Assembly: GCF_964355755.1 (NCBI RefSeq) | Contig: NC_092675.1 | Location: 21,796,912-21,860,911, forward strand | DNA: 64,000 bases | Direction: 5' to 3' | Source of the DNA: Antedon mediterranea | Lineage: Eukaryota; Animalia; Echinodermata | Shown: piece after piece, positions 50,501 through 62,051 of the stretch | How positions within the stretch are numbered: position 1 is the first letter of the stretch | Layout: every line of letters starts with the position of its first letter | Notes under the pieces: generated by a model | The model's input: the letters and a program-made list of their open reading frames with translations, nothing else | Database searches by the model: none | Told to the model about the DNA's origin: nothing | Made by a program: the position numbers and the translations under genes

Positions 50501-53500
50501 TACAATAATGGAAATAGTCTGCGGGAGCCATTTGTTATACAGTCGACTCCGCCTAAGTCGAATTATACGTTTTTGTATTGTTTTGGGCTTAAACCATAAA
50601 AGAAAAAACAGTTTATCATTGCCGATAAAGAGGCTTAGCATTTATTAGGCCTAGTAGCTAGCTAGCTAAGCAAACTCAATTCAAGAAGGCTCATCGCGTG
50701 GGCCGTGATCGCGACAGGGCAGGGTCCACTAGGCCTAGCCATAGCGCGGCTAGTGAGTGAACCTAGGCCTAGCACTTTTTTTTCCAAATCTATAAGTCGA
50801 AGTGCGCGTAACTCGAATTTTTATACCGGTCCCATTAGATTCGACTTAGGCGGCGTCGACTGTAGCTAGAACAACGGTAGGAGGTGTCTCTTTTCTCTAA
50901 AACAAATACAAGAGGTATACCAACAGATGCAAACTGGTAAGCTTTAGAACAATATACAAATCCTGAGTACGATAAAATATTCTTACCTGACCTGTGTCCA
51001 TCATGTTTGGGTTATGACCTTGTGGCATCTAGAAAAGAAAAATTGAAATTTATGTAACGCTCTGTTGCCTGATGATAGTGCCACAGAAAACCGTATTAGC
51101 TTTCAACTATAGGAACTTTGTATTAAAACATTGATTCTAAATTTGCAAAACAAAACAGAGACTGGGATAAATAAAGAACACCACCCAACCCATCTTTGCT
51201 ATAGCTATATATATATATATATAGCAATTAAACAGTAACTAATGTACAATACAATTGTCAATGGAGACTCTGCTTATTTTCCAAAATGTGCTATTACGCA
51301 AATCGTATGAATAAATAAGAAACTGAATTAAGTTGAGGTTTAAGATCTTTTTTCATTGTATTACTTTTCTCAAGTTAAAACTATTCCTGAAATGCCATTG
51401 CTATAAAGAGAATTAGGCCCAACGAAAGTCACACTGGACAATATATGAAAGTTCAACACAAACATGGTGAGTCGACACAAGACAATGCATGTTACAATGG
51501 AATGTTGGGAGCATAACTGAAAAATTCTACCATTCTCATTTAAACAACTTAATATATAGAGTCAACCAGAAATTTTCTTCTACAGAGAAGAGAAGTTTAC
51601 AAGTCTGCACACTCTAAGGCAGATCACTTTGCAAGTCACTACACTATTTGTATTTGTATTTGTATTTTGTATTAATATTTGTCCTCAGTGAGGAAATTCG
51701 GATTAGGCCCTCCACGGACCCACGGCAGCCAGCAGTGCAGCGCCTACCAGATTAGGCAATGAGAGTAAAGAATCTTGCCTAAGGATGATATTAGTATGGT
51801 ACAGATAACCTCGAACCCATGCCTATCACATGCTAGTCCGATATTACCATTACACCATCACTCTCCAGTATATACAGCACCCGCCACGATTTCTAGACGG
51901 TCTCCCATCCAGAACGCAACCGGGCCCAACGTTGCTTAACTTCGGTGATCTGACGAGAACCGGTGTTTCACATACTTTGTGATGGCATACCGTATTAATG
52001 AGTACAGACACTTGACTTAACCACCTTTCATGAAGTGTATTAACTGACATACTGTATGCATTCAATGCCAATCAATAGATTAAGTGATTTCCTGTTGGTT
52101 GTACATACAAACCAGTCAAGTTTAAAGTCAATGGTAGTAACTTATTACCTAAAAGTCTATATTAAAGTAAATATTTAAACAATGAACATTTCTGCTACAA
52201 AATTCTATTTTGGTGTTACACAAACATGACGTTTGTTTAACCAGATAAAAACGGATCAATAATTTAACATACACCAATGAATTTTAATACAGTAAACATT
52301 GTATTGTAAAATTTACAAGCCACAAAACGTCTCTATTTATAGATGTATTAACGCAAGACAGTTAAGTACATAGAAAAGAATTACTGTAAGGTGATCAATG
52401 ATTGGGTGATGAGTTAACTCTCTTACAACAACTCTATGTCGTTAACTTCAACATAACTTTGATGTTCCTCCGCTACCTCTCATGTAACTGTAAAACACGA
52501 TACCTTCTCACCGGATTACAACTGGCCTATACAGTACTGAAGACAATAATAAATGTTTTAATGGATAGAATACTGTACATCCCATCCACACAGCACTATA
52601 CTTCAGTGGCCAACATTTTCTCAATTGACAAATTCTCAAAATCAATGTTAGTATTTTACTATTGAACTTGTCAGTTGTCAAGAAAAGCTTGACCTATATC
52701 AAGAAATTAATACTGACACAATACTGTCTTAACTACATTGACATTGCCCTTAAAATAGTCGGGTCATGACTGTAAGGGCAATTAAATGTACCAAAAAATC
52801 TACTTCCAACAAATCTTTAGCAGAGTACAGTAATCTAAGTAAATTTGTTCTGTTCAATCTGCTTTTACAAATAGTTACAACTACATAAAATGGACCTTTT
52901 CTTCTTTTTGCCAACCGCTCTTTAAAAAAGAGAATGAAGTCCATTGGCAATTCAACTGCATACTTCTCCAAAGATCCTTTTTTTAAAGTATCTGAAAGCA
53001 CGCATCCTCAAATTTGGCATGTCAACTCCAGCCTCCAAAGGTCTGCTAAATTCAGATGAAGCGTCATTAAAAATTCATAAATTTAATGCCTATAAGTTAC
53101 AGTATTTGAGGACGTCTCCGTAATTTATGTTTTGTAAGGAATTGCATGTTTACGATGAATTAGGTAGCATGTGGATGTGTATTGGTCAGAACACAAGATG
53201 GCTAGCCTGAGTTGTCCTATTTATACTGGATAAAACACAAACAAAAATGAATGAGTGACAATCACCAACTTGTCATCAATGAAATGGTCTGACCTACATA
53301 TGCTAAAGAGTAGCTTCCTGGAAATGAATGACAGGCTATCGATATCCACTATCATTTTTATTATTGTTTCTTTTTTTAAAGTCACCCCTATATCTTTTTA
53401 ATTTTATTACTTTTAATACTACTGTACTACAACACTGCAGTGCACTATTTCATGCAAAACTATGACTTTGTTAGTTCATTTTTATACTGGGCGACCTCTT

Positions 53501-56032
53501 CAGTCAAAGACTGATTTCCCAGAGGGCCCAGTTGGTGATCAGTGGCTGTGATGTACTAATACACCGGGGTAACCCCCTACTCGTCTCGAAAGATGTACTA
53601 GGTTCTTTAAAGTGCACACGAGCTAGTTGTGTACACTGGACCTACGGTTTATAGTCCTTATCCGAGAAGACTCGTTCTACCACCAGAACCATGGAGTGAG
53701 TGAGCCTCGAACCCTTGCCGATGTTATGGCTACGTGATTACGGTTCCACTGTCTTAACTGCTCGGCCACTCACTCACTTGATGTTGCAATATACCTACCG
53801 TACTGTAGAATCAAATTTATCTACAGATTTACTGTAAATTTAAGTTGTAACCCTAATCCAATGTTTTTTTTTGCTTGAAAGTCAATCACTCTGGTAGGGC
53901 CTACTATAAAAAATTATACCACAATTTAGCATTTTCGGACACAAAGGTTTATGCATTCTTGTCCATGCTTGTCACACTACAGTACTGTACAGTAGTACTG
54001 TACATCTTTCCTGACTTACAGAATTTGCAAATACCGAGAAAATGCTGCTGGCACCAGAGAACCGGATACCGTTGGTTAATTTTTTTGCAAGATATTAGCA
54101 TGATTCTTATATAGCTGTTTTACTAGCACAAAATGTTTTTATTCCTTGATCAGGTTGAAAACTTAAATGAAATAAATAACTATAAAAGTTTGGGACACAA
54201 GATTTAGATTCATGAGTGCAATATAGAAGTACCCAAATAATACAAAGTTGTGAGTCAGATGATTATTTTTAATTATATTAGTTGGATCTATCAAGGACAA
54301 ACAAGAATGTTACGATGTTGACTTGTGGGCTACAATGCACTTCCTATAATTGTTGACTTCTGGATCAGGATGACTAATAGTCTAAACTCAATTAACAAGT
54401 TCTAATGTAATTTTTGTTGTTTTTAATTGTGAAATATTGAAAGAACATGGCCAAAAGATTTACAGATTGTTATGAGAATAATTCCTAGCATTAGATTTGA
54501 ACCACGAAGCCAGGTAACATAGGCAAGCAACTTGACATCTGCACTTTGTATATTTATAGTGGTAACAAAATATTATGAAAAATCAAACTAACTGTATATT
54601 GATTACTGGTAGCAAATACTTTACCAGAAAAAAAAAATGTTGTTGTTTATTATAAATGACATCGCTACCTATAAATTATACTAGAATCTACCTTGAACTG
54701 AATTCTAAATAATTAAAGTTGATTCGCAATATACTTCAACTTTTTCCTTGTTTCTCTAATGCTAAATTCTTCTGTTCATCTCCACCGATGTGGGGAAATG
54801 GCTAATGTCAGTTTATCCAGGCAGAAATAGGCTACTTGCACAGAAAAGCAAAATGGCACTCTTCTGCAGTCGTGACAATGTACATATGTACATTCAATAA
54901 TACTTTGTATTTTAGTAAAATATTATCAGGTGCTTGGAAAATGTCTCTTGAATAGAAGCACTGTAGTTATAGACTGTGCTTCTTATACTGTAGTAATAGA
55001 TAGAGAAATAAAATTGTTGTTTTGAGTCAGATTTCCAATCAGAAACTACTAAAAGCACTTCTTTAAAATCATGAACTCTTAATAATACAGTACAGATATA
55101 AACAATTTACAAATTTCCAACTTGGATATAATTTGAGTAGTAATATCAATGAGTGTTGGAGCTATTACTGTTATTATTAAACAGCAAAGGAAGTAACAAT
55201 GTTTGAATCATACATTAAATGTCAAGAGTGCAAGTTAGAATAGCATGAAGGTCAAACCTTGCCCAGCATCTGCTCTCACTTCTGCCTGAGCTACTGTTTC
55301 CCTCTAGGGACATCCTCCCACTGCCTAAGCTACTGTCTCCTGTCACAGCTCTCCATCAGAGTGTTAAGTAGGTTCATAGAATGATATTGGCAAAAAATAA
55401 ATCTGGCCTAGATATGCAACATAGTATACAGTTATAAGAATAAAGCAGCAGCAACCCTAGCAACCACTGACAATTGCTATCCTAAAGACTAAACAATGAA
55501 CTAAACATTCCCACATAACTCTTGCACACACAAGGCCAGGACATTGGGTAGGAGGTATATTTAGAACCTATTTTACAGAAAGTGTCAGCAGAACCCATTC
55601 TACAGAAAGAGTCAGCAAAACCCATTCTTTAGAAAGGGTTAGGAGAACTCATTAATACAACTAGCTCAAAAAGCGATCCATGATGGAGAGGGATCGCTTA
55701 AAAAGTGATCCACCATGGAGAGGAATCCATCAAATATGTCTGCATCCTCATCCGGCCAATAAGAAATGCCAGATAGAAGTTGAATTCACTACTCCGTTAC
55801 ACACCACTACGTTGCCCACCACACGTTGAGTGTATCAACAAGTTGTATTTTATAAATGATCCGTGTATGTGAAAATGTAAGACTTCTATTACTGAGCTAA
55901 GTATCATCAATACATGCTTGGTATTGAACACTTGTCCCTTACCTGAAAAAACCCTGGTGGCATACCAGGTGCACCGGGCATTCCATCATTTTGTTGCATT
56001 TGACTCATGACAGGACTTGGCGCTGATGCACT
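26575..56032 (-). CDS. SSBP3: Single-stranded DNA-binding protein SSBP2/3/4 (Ssdp, LDB1 cofactor), 3' 13 coding exons; N-terminal LUFS/LisH exons outside window
   Basis: Exons 56032-55943 (SASAPSPV..GMPPGFFQ), 51028-50987, 45237-45178 (PFISPRYPGPRGPVRM), 44629-44563, 35159-35107, 34063-33999 (NYGPMRPP), 33724-33682 (GRPWQPN), 33235-33200, 31792-31738 (GPPGGGGAPGTPIMPSPQ), 27830-27745 (DSTNSGENMY), 27464-27380, 27109-26988 (PGTPRE), 26691-26575 (ESAVIQKIKESMQEEAKRFEKD..DHPDYFMQ*). All GT-AG, phases compatible, 921 nt. Invertebrate co-ortholog of SSBP2/3/4. Confidence 0.92.
30748..30790 (-). ncRNA. Degenerate hammerhead motif in a Penelope-like LTR remnant
   Basis: CTGAGGA-c-gatcaa-agtata-ttgatc-AAA-ACGT-C: stem II and palindromic stem III present, GAAA mutated to AAAA. 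Confidence 0.5.
33383..33579. mobile_element. Small MITE with 13-14 bp TIR
   Basis: TATGGTTCTCGTC at 33383 and GACGAGAACCATA ending 33579. Confidence 0.6.
34120..34232 (+). mobile_element. Extreme 3' end of a CR1/L2-type LINE or SINE
   Basis: Stem-loop CTTTAGGGGGT...ACCCCCTAAAG followed by AATAAA and (GAAAT)n tail. Confidence 0.5.
34271..34322 (+). repeat. 19-bp tandem repeat TTGAGTAGGAGTGGAGAAG x about 2.6
   Basis: Read directly. Confidence 0.8.
35550..35773 (+). repeat. Minisatellite, 5 x 45 bp
   Basis: Unit TAGCACTGGCCATGWTGTTTATAAACTCCCTATATAAAACRGTCA repeated five times head-to-tail without spacers. Confidence 0.92.
40835..41479. mobile_element. Fully palindromic non-autonomous DNA transposon, IS3EU-like (TATGG..CCATA termini, 6-bp TSD)
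   Basis: ATATGT duplicated at 40829-40834 and 41480-41485; inverted symmetry runs from the termini to a centre near 41120; TTCAAAACAT-type subrepeats expanded in the right arm. Superfamily call rests on termini and TSD length only. Confidence 0.8.
42557..42887. mobile_element. MITE with about 30-bp TIR and tRNA-like internal segment
   Basis: TTTTCGTACATAAGTTGGGGACCTC mirrored by GAGGCCCCAACTTATGTACGAAAA; internal GGGATTCAAACCC (B-box-like on minus) near 42688 and a CCTAA-type run. Confidence 0.65.
46031..46241 (-). mobile_element. Internally deleted tRNA-derived Deu-domain SINE
   Basis: Colinear, diverged copy of the 53476-53778 element (TCCGAGAA..GTTCTACCACCAGAACCATGGAG..AACCCTTG). Confidence 0.8.
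47275..47315 (-). ncRNA. Degenerate hammerhead motif related to the 7017-7056 copy
   Basis: ttgca-CTGAGAA-agggttagtgctatcc-GAAAGCGC-tgcaa: 5-bp stem I kept, core CUGANGA mutated and UH site lost. Confidence 0.5.
50540..50862. mobile_element. Tc1/mariner-pogo (Tigger-like) MITE with TA TSD
   Basis: TA|CAGTCGACTCCGCCTAAGTCGAAT ... ATTCGACTTAGGCGGCGTCGACTG|TA. Confidence 0.88.
51646..51990 (-). mobile_element. Composite SINE: 5S rRNA-derived head, tRNA-derived segment, core domain and (ATACAA)n tail
   Basis: Minus strand CCGGTTCTCGTCAGATCACCGAAGTTAAGC..GGGCCCGGTT..TGGATGGGAGACCG..GGGTGCTGTA matches 5S rRNA; then TGGTGTAATGG (A box) and GGTTCGAG (B box); then TCCTTAGGCAAGA core; tail TATTTG repeats on + at 51646-51673. 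Confidence 0.8.
53476..53778 (-). mobile_element. Full-length tRNA-derived Deu-domain SINE
   Basis: Minus strand: A box GTGGCCGAGCAGTTAAG, B box GGTTCGAG, Deu-like CTTCTCGGATAAGGACTATAAACCGTAGGTCC..GCACTTTAAAGAACC..GAGTAGGGGGTTACCCCGGTGT, 3' stem-loop tail. Confidence 0.82.
55568..55653 (+). repeat. Diverged 25-bp tandem repeat x3
   Basis: Units resembling CCATTCTACAGAAAGAGTCAGCARAAC. Confidence 0.65.
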
Positions 56033-59000
56033 CTGTAAGATAAAAAATATGGGTGCAAATTGAACTAAAAAACAGTCAAAATCTCAATTTTTCTAAATAA
56101 AAAGCGTATTTTTCTAAATAAAAAGCATATTTGTTTAATTTTTAAAACGGAAAGCAACAGTATGGAACAAGGGCAGTATAGGCAAGAATGCCATTTATTA
56201 GTTATGGAATGATCTTAAAAAGAGAGTATAAAAAAAGCTTGTAAGAGACTGCATTTTAAGCAATATGATACATACAATATGAAAACAGAAAAGAAAATCT
56301 GAAATGTTTAACAAATACATTATAAAACAGAGGCCGAGGTAAACTCTAGGAAAAGCAATGTGTAAAATTGTGTATTTTTGTCATTATGGACACTTTGTTT
56401 AGGCCTGGCACAACATGTAAAGCCTTTTTTTTTTAAACATTATTTATAAAATACTCTTCCTAGATACATTCAACTTCATCATGTCATATAATTGTACGAC
56501 CCATAACCAGGGTAGACTTATGATGCTTCTTTTTAAATGTCATGAATCTGTTTTCTGTATTTATATCCAATTAACAGATTGAAATACTATCATCTGCTCT
56601 ATTATACTCAAACATAAGTTTCATTCTCGATGAACCTTGAACAAGTTATAGAGGGCTTCATACGGCAAATCACCGATGCATAATATTTCTACAGTTTTAA
56701 TGTGTTTAATAGAACACATCTGGTCGAGATGAAAACGACAAAATGTTATATAAAATATATAATTATGTAACAACAAATCAAAACAAACAAAAGGTTTGTT
56801 AATAGACATTATGTTATAACAATCGCTTGTTTAATTAGTTTTATGTAAAACTTCCATTAAAACATACTTAAACAGTAGGATGCCGCTTAGTATAAAATAG
56901 GGCCATTTTTAAACAATTAGAAGTCTCATAAATATTATTATTTTATTATCCGCCACCCTTATAATGAGTTTAAAGGGGGGGGGGGGGGCAAGGCAAGTTT
57001 GAAAATGGAGGCAAGGGTTAAACAGAAGATGCACTGTATTTTAAAAAGACGTTTATTAAACAAAATGAGAGATGAGGGATTGATGTAAAAAGCATGAAGA
57101 AATATCATTTTTTTTGACAGGTGGATTTTCCTTTGTTTAGGGGATGGGAGAAGGGGGTATGTCTGATAGGATCATAATAAAATTATAGTATAAGATATTC
57201 AGTCTAAAATTTATATCCATTAAAAAACAGAGGGATGATGGATAGATGATGGAAGAGTCAAGCAATGCCCTTTGCTTTGACTGGTAGCTAGTATTATAGT
57301 ATTGACCTTTGTTTAGCAAGTGCTCACACACAAAGGGAACCCCAAACCATACTCTTAAAACCATTACTGTTACATAATATTCAGTGTTAGGTCAATAACT
57401 TAAAAAGATACACCATCTTTGTAATATTTACTAACAACCTTATAGGCTGCAAGTTTTGAGGCACTTGAGACTTCCAATGATAATTGCACATGGTGTTTGA
57501 CTAAAAAATATGAATGAACTCGGATATCTATTTAAAATATTCCTTGTCATTAGTTTCAAATAATAATTTTATGATTTTTAATTTAATAGCTACAATTGTA
57601 TACTGTAGTTATTTTACGATCTTTTAATTAGCCAAAAAATAATTATGATACAATTTATTTAAACAACACTATAAAATATTATATTTATATTATATTTTTT
57701 TTTTAAAGAAAAAAAGAAAAGAATCCAAAATATTTGTTATTACAAATAACTGATGTTGAAGCATTATAAAACTTTAAAAAATCTTATCTCTTGATATCAT
57801 AATTACATTTTAAATTGAAGACAGATATCTGGTAGGGATGAATTATTTTGATGATGTATAGCATTTTCACCAAGATTAACGACTGTACAGTTTATCAATT
57901 ATTATACCTGAAAAAATATATAAAATCTATATATAAACTAAAAAATACAATATTTAAGGGTCTATGCCATTTTTCTATGCAATATTTTCCAAAGTGTATT
58001 ACAGAGAGGATTCCTTTGTGTGTTGGTCATATGATTAGGGACAATCTACAATGATTGAAAATAGATGGAAAACAAGCACACAATGAGAAGCGTTACGCAT
58101 CACTGAATTTACACAGGAAACCCACAATAATAAGAGTAAGTCAAATTGGCAGAATACAGAATTCTTAATGATATTTGACAAATTATATAATTTTTTTAAT
58201 TAGTCATTTAATCTTTTTGTGATTTAAAAACTAGATTTTAACAGTATGTTTATCATCTCCAAAAATGCACACCTATTAATAATTCTCAAATTGTGAATAA
58301 ACCGATTTTAAGCATGTATTGTATGTATTGTAACAAGAGTGACAAAATTTGACCAATTGTTACTGAAACAGTTTGCATATATTTTCATATAAAAAACATT
58401 GTGTTTATACACTTAAAAAACATGCTATATAAGAAGGGCATAGTTGCAGTCGAAAAATATGCAATAATCATTATTTCGCATTACCGCTAAAAACTACACC
58501 CCTAATAACAGTTAAATGAATTTCTGTCAATCAATTGTTTTAATGATTTTGGAATACCATATTGCACCTATATTCACAAAAGTGCAATGTACAGTACCAG
58601 CATCAGATGCGAGAATCCGGTATCAAAAGCTTTTTCTGGCTCACCCGTGTAATCTGCCACATTTGGCCATATTTATAGTTATCTTTTTATAATTTATTTG
58701 ACTTTTTTTATTCTGATGATTCTCCATTTTTCTGGAAGTTGGGTGTCATCACGTGAGGAATAAAACGATTTGGTGATCTTCGTTTTTCCCTTAAAAATTG
58801 CAGACTTTGCATATTATGTCATTGCTAACACACGACTTATATACTTTATTTATTTATTTTTAAACACATCCGTTGCAACAAGTTCCAACTTCCAGATTGT
58901 GTGGAACTTTTACGTGCAAAAAGAATAAAAATAGAAGTAGTTGAGTTTCATCAAAGAAGCAACAAAAAAATAGTAGTTGGGTTTCACCAGTGTATGCATC

Positions 59001-61799
59001 AATTAGGAAAATGCGTCCGAACAAGTCCTTTAGGTTATCAACTGCTCAAAAGTTGTGGCAATGCCTTTACAAGATATTATTCCACAAATCAACCTCAAAA
59101 TAATATCAGAAAGTTCCAAATCAACCTTTAAATAAATTCTAAATAAAAATCCAAACACTAAATAATTAATAACACTCTTTTAAAAAAATCTATAAAGATT
59201 TAGTAAAATGTAAATAAAATCTGATTTGAATAATGATGATATAATAAATATCATTCTCATGTAATATTCATACTGTGTTATTCTACTACCAACACTCACA
59301 AGTTTCACCTTGAAATGGACATCTCCATTATCAGAGTGGGGACATTTTAGTAAGAAGATAAAACATTGAATCATAACAGAGAAGTACAGTCAGGCAGAAG
59401 AATTGTCGCCATCTTGAAATTAACCAAAGTTAAATTTCAATACAAATGAATTAAAGCATTCATATTAAGAGTGAATATATCAATAAATACCAATAAAGGG
59501 TTTAGTGAAAATGGGCTAATAGAGAAATATGCTGAACATATAAATTAACCAGCTAAGATTTCCACAGCTTAACCCAAATTACCAGCGTTTCATACTAAAT
59601 TATATAAAACCTGTAAATATAAATATAGAAGTTTAAAACCAGTATGTAACTTGCTCATACTAAATAACCAAATATCTGACATAATTGAAAACTGGCCTTT
59701 CTTGATTCTGGCATCTCTTCTATAAAAAAATAAAAGAGTATAATAGTAAAGTATGCAAATACATTTTTAGGGCCTGAAAATCTATGAGAAAGTTCAGGTA
59801 ACCAGAGAAACTAACCAGAGGTTCACAAGAAGTATACCAGTAGGTAACCATTAGACATTTATCAGTTTTCCAGTAGACCAAGGCAGAGATATAAGTATAA
59901 ATATGATTGATTTTAATTTTAAATACTTGAAAGAAATTAACCAGTATAACCAGACATTCAGTACATCAAGTTAACCAGTATGAGTATGGCTTAACCCGTT
60001 TATAGACCTATAGGTATTTCAGTATACTAAAATTATAATCATTGATCCACAAACTTGTTTACAATTTGTTAAAAAGTATAACACTAAACCAAGAAGTTAA
60101 CTAACTGTATAAGTAAAGTAACTACAGCAATTAACTGGAGGTTATAGTAAAGACAGAAGTATTAACCAGATGACTTTACACATTATTGTACTGTATTTTT
60201 AATTAAATCATCTATTAGTTTGTTTGTAATTTCATTGTTAAAAAAAGGCGCCATGCTAAACGATTTTCAAATAAAGTTGTTAACCTGAAGTGTGGCGTTT
60301 TGATGTGTCCTTTTATGTTGTCGTATTGAAGCCTGGAGTGAATAAAGGCTCTTACAACTAAATTAATTATGCATGGGAACACAAGCCTACTACTATTAAT
60401 ATGAGTGTGGAACATATACATATTAAACATTTTTGATAATGTTTGTGTAAAGTACTACAAAATGAAAAATGTACCACCTAATTTTTTAGCACACAGATTT
60501 GAAATGTAAAGAAAAAACTATCAATTTTAACAGCCTATCTGGGCTGGAATCCCTCAGTGGGCTAAAAAAAAAGTCATCTTTGGGCCAGACAAAAAGCTCA
60601 ACAAAAGAACTGTAGCTAGATTATTCTTAAATTGCATTGTTTAAAATTACAGTATAATAACTAGTACAATCTACATCCAAATCTTGTTTCAAGATAAATA
60701 AAGTTTAAAACTTTTAGATGCATTACATAAAATGCTAAAAGTTACTACTTAATAATTCTTTTTAGCACAAAACAAGCAATATAGATTCTAAAACATTTTA
60801 ATTGGCTAATCCTTTTAAATTTATGCTGATAACCTTTGAACTTTGTAATCAGATATTCCAAAGTACAAACTACAATATACAACATATTCCAAACAAGTGA
60901 TTTATTGATAAATATATTGGATACCAAAATAGAAAACGAGTGCCAAAAACCTGTACATGAGACGATTATGAATTAAATGTGGTAGTGGCACTGTAGCTTT
61001 CCAAATGCTTGTTTATCCTGGGTCCTGGATTCAAACCCCTTTCTGTACAAAACTACAGTAACACCACCTGGTTGAATACAGGTACAGTATTTTAGCATTT
61101 TGGCACATACCATCCTGACATGGTGCTTGATTTAGTTTTATGTGTGGCCTAGTGTCACTTTCTAAGGCAGCCCACCTGAAGGTAGAGTATCACATTTTTG
61201 GATAGTAACCATGGTCCCTATTAAGTATTTGTTTAAATAGCCAAAATAGGCATCTCTATGAATAAATAATATAATGCTAACGTCTGGTTGAAATTTCACT
61301 ATGCAAATGTCAAATAATACAGTACTACTACTAGTGAATTGAAATCTGTATATTCAGAAAACCAAACTACAAGAAGTAGGTTTTTTCCAGTAACATCTAC
61401 CTTTTTCTTTTTAAATTTTCACAATCATGATTATTCTAATTCGACAATTACCATAATCAATTTAACTGAATAGTAAACTATCACAAGAACAGAACATTTG
61501 ATATGATAGACATTTATATTTAAATCAATAGGCCTATGGTTAAAGTAAACCATTGAAGTGTACATATTGCCCTTCCTATGAATCCCAAATTCAAACAAAC
61601 AAATCTGTATAATAATAATAACAATAACTCCATTTGCTTGTTGCAGAAGACTGACGCTATATCTTTAACATTAAACAGCAGAACAGTATACAATACAGGA
61701 ATACAATAGCTACAAAAAGCTTAGTGTGGCAAACAGTCAAGGGTGGGGCCTCAGATTCTTAAAAAATCAAAGGCGATTATAAAGATTGGATTATGGACC

Positions 61800-62051
61800 A
61801 ACTCTCGCCGCATTGCTTGTATCCTTAGGCAAGATACTTTACTTACGTTTGCCTCTCTCCACCCAGGTGTATAAATGGGTACCCGGTTAGATCAAGACAC
61901 AAATTTGCGCTGATTACTAGCTGCATTATGGGAGTATGTTTCCATACGTGTTTGATCCGAAAAATGACTGGGGTAATAATGTACAGCGCTTAGAGAGAAG
62001 CTTGCTTGTAGAGCGCTATATAAGAATGAACTATTATTAATATTATTATTA
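61800..62051 (+). mobile_element. 5'-truncated SINE with conserved core and L2-like tail
   Basis: TGTATCCTTAGGCAAGATAC..TTTGCCTCTCTCCACCCAGGTGTATAAATGGGTACC core; 3' AGCGCTTAGAG..AGCGCTATATAAG and (TAT)n tail. Confidence 0.75.

Noticed and set aside
51872-51990. Functional 5S rRNA gene
   Set aside because: Diverged 5' end and indels, no oligo-T terminator, fused to tRNA-like segment and SINE tail.
52750-53001. 83-aa minus ORF as gene or transposase fragment
   Set aside because: No motif or splice context I can support.
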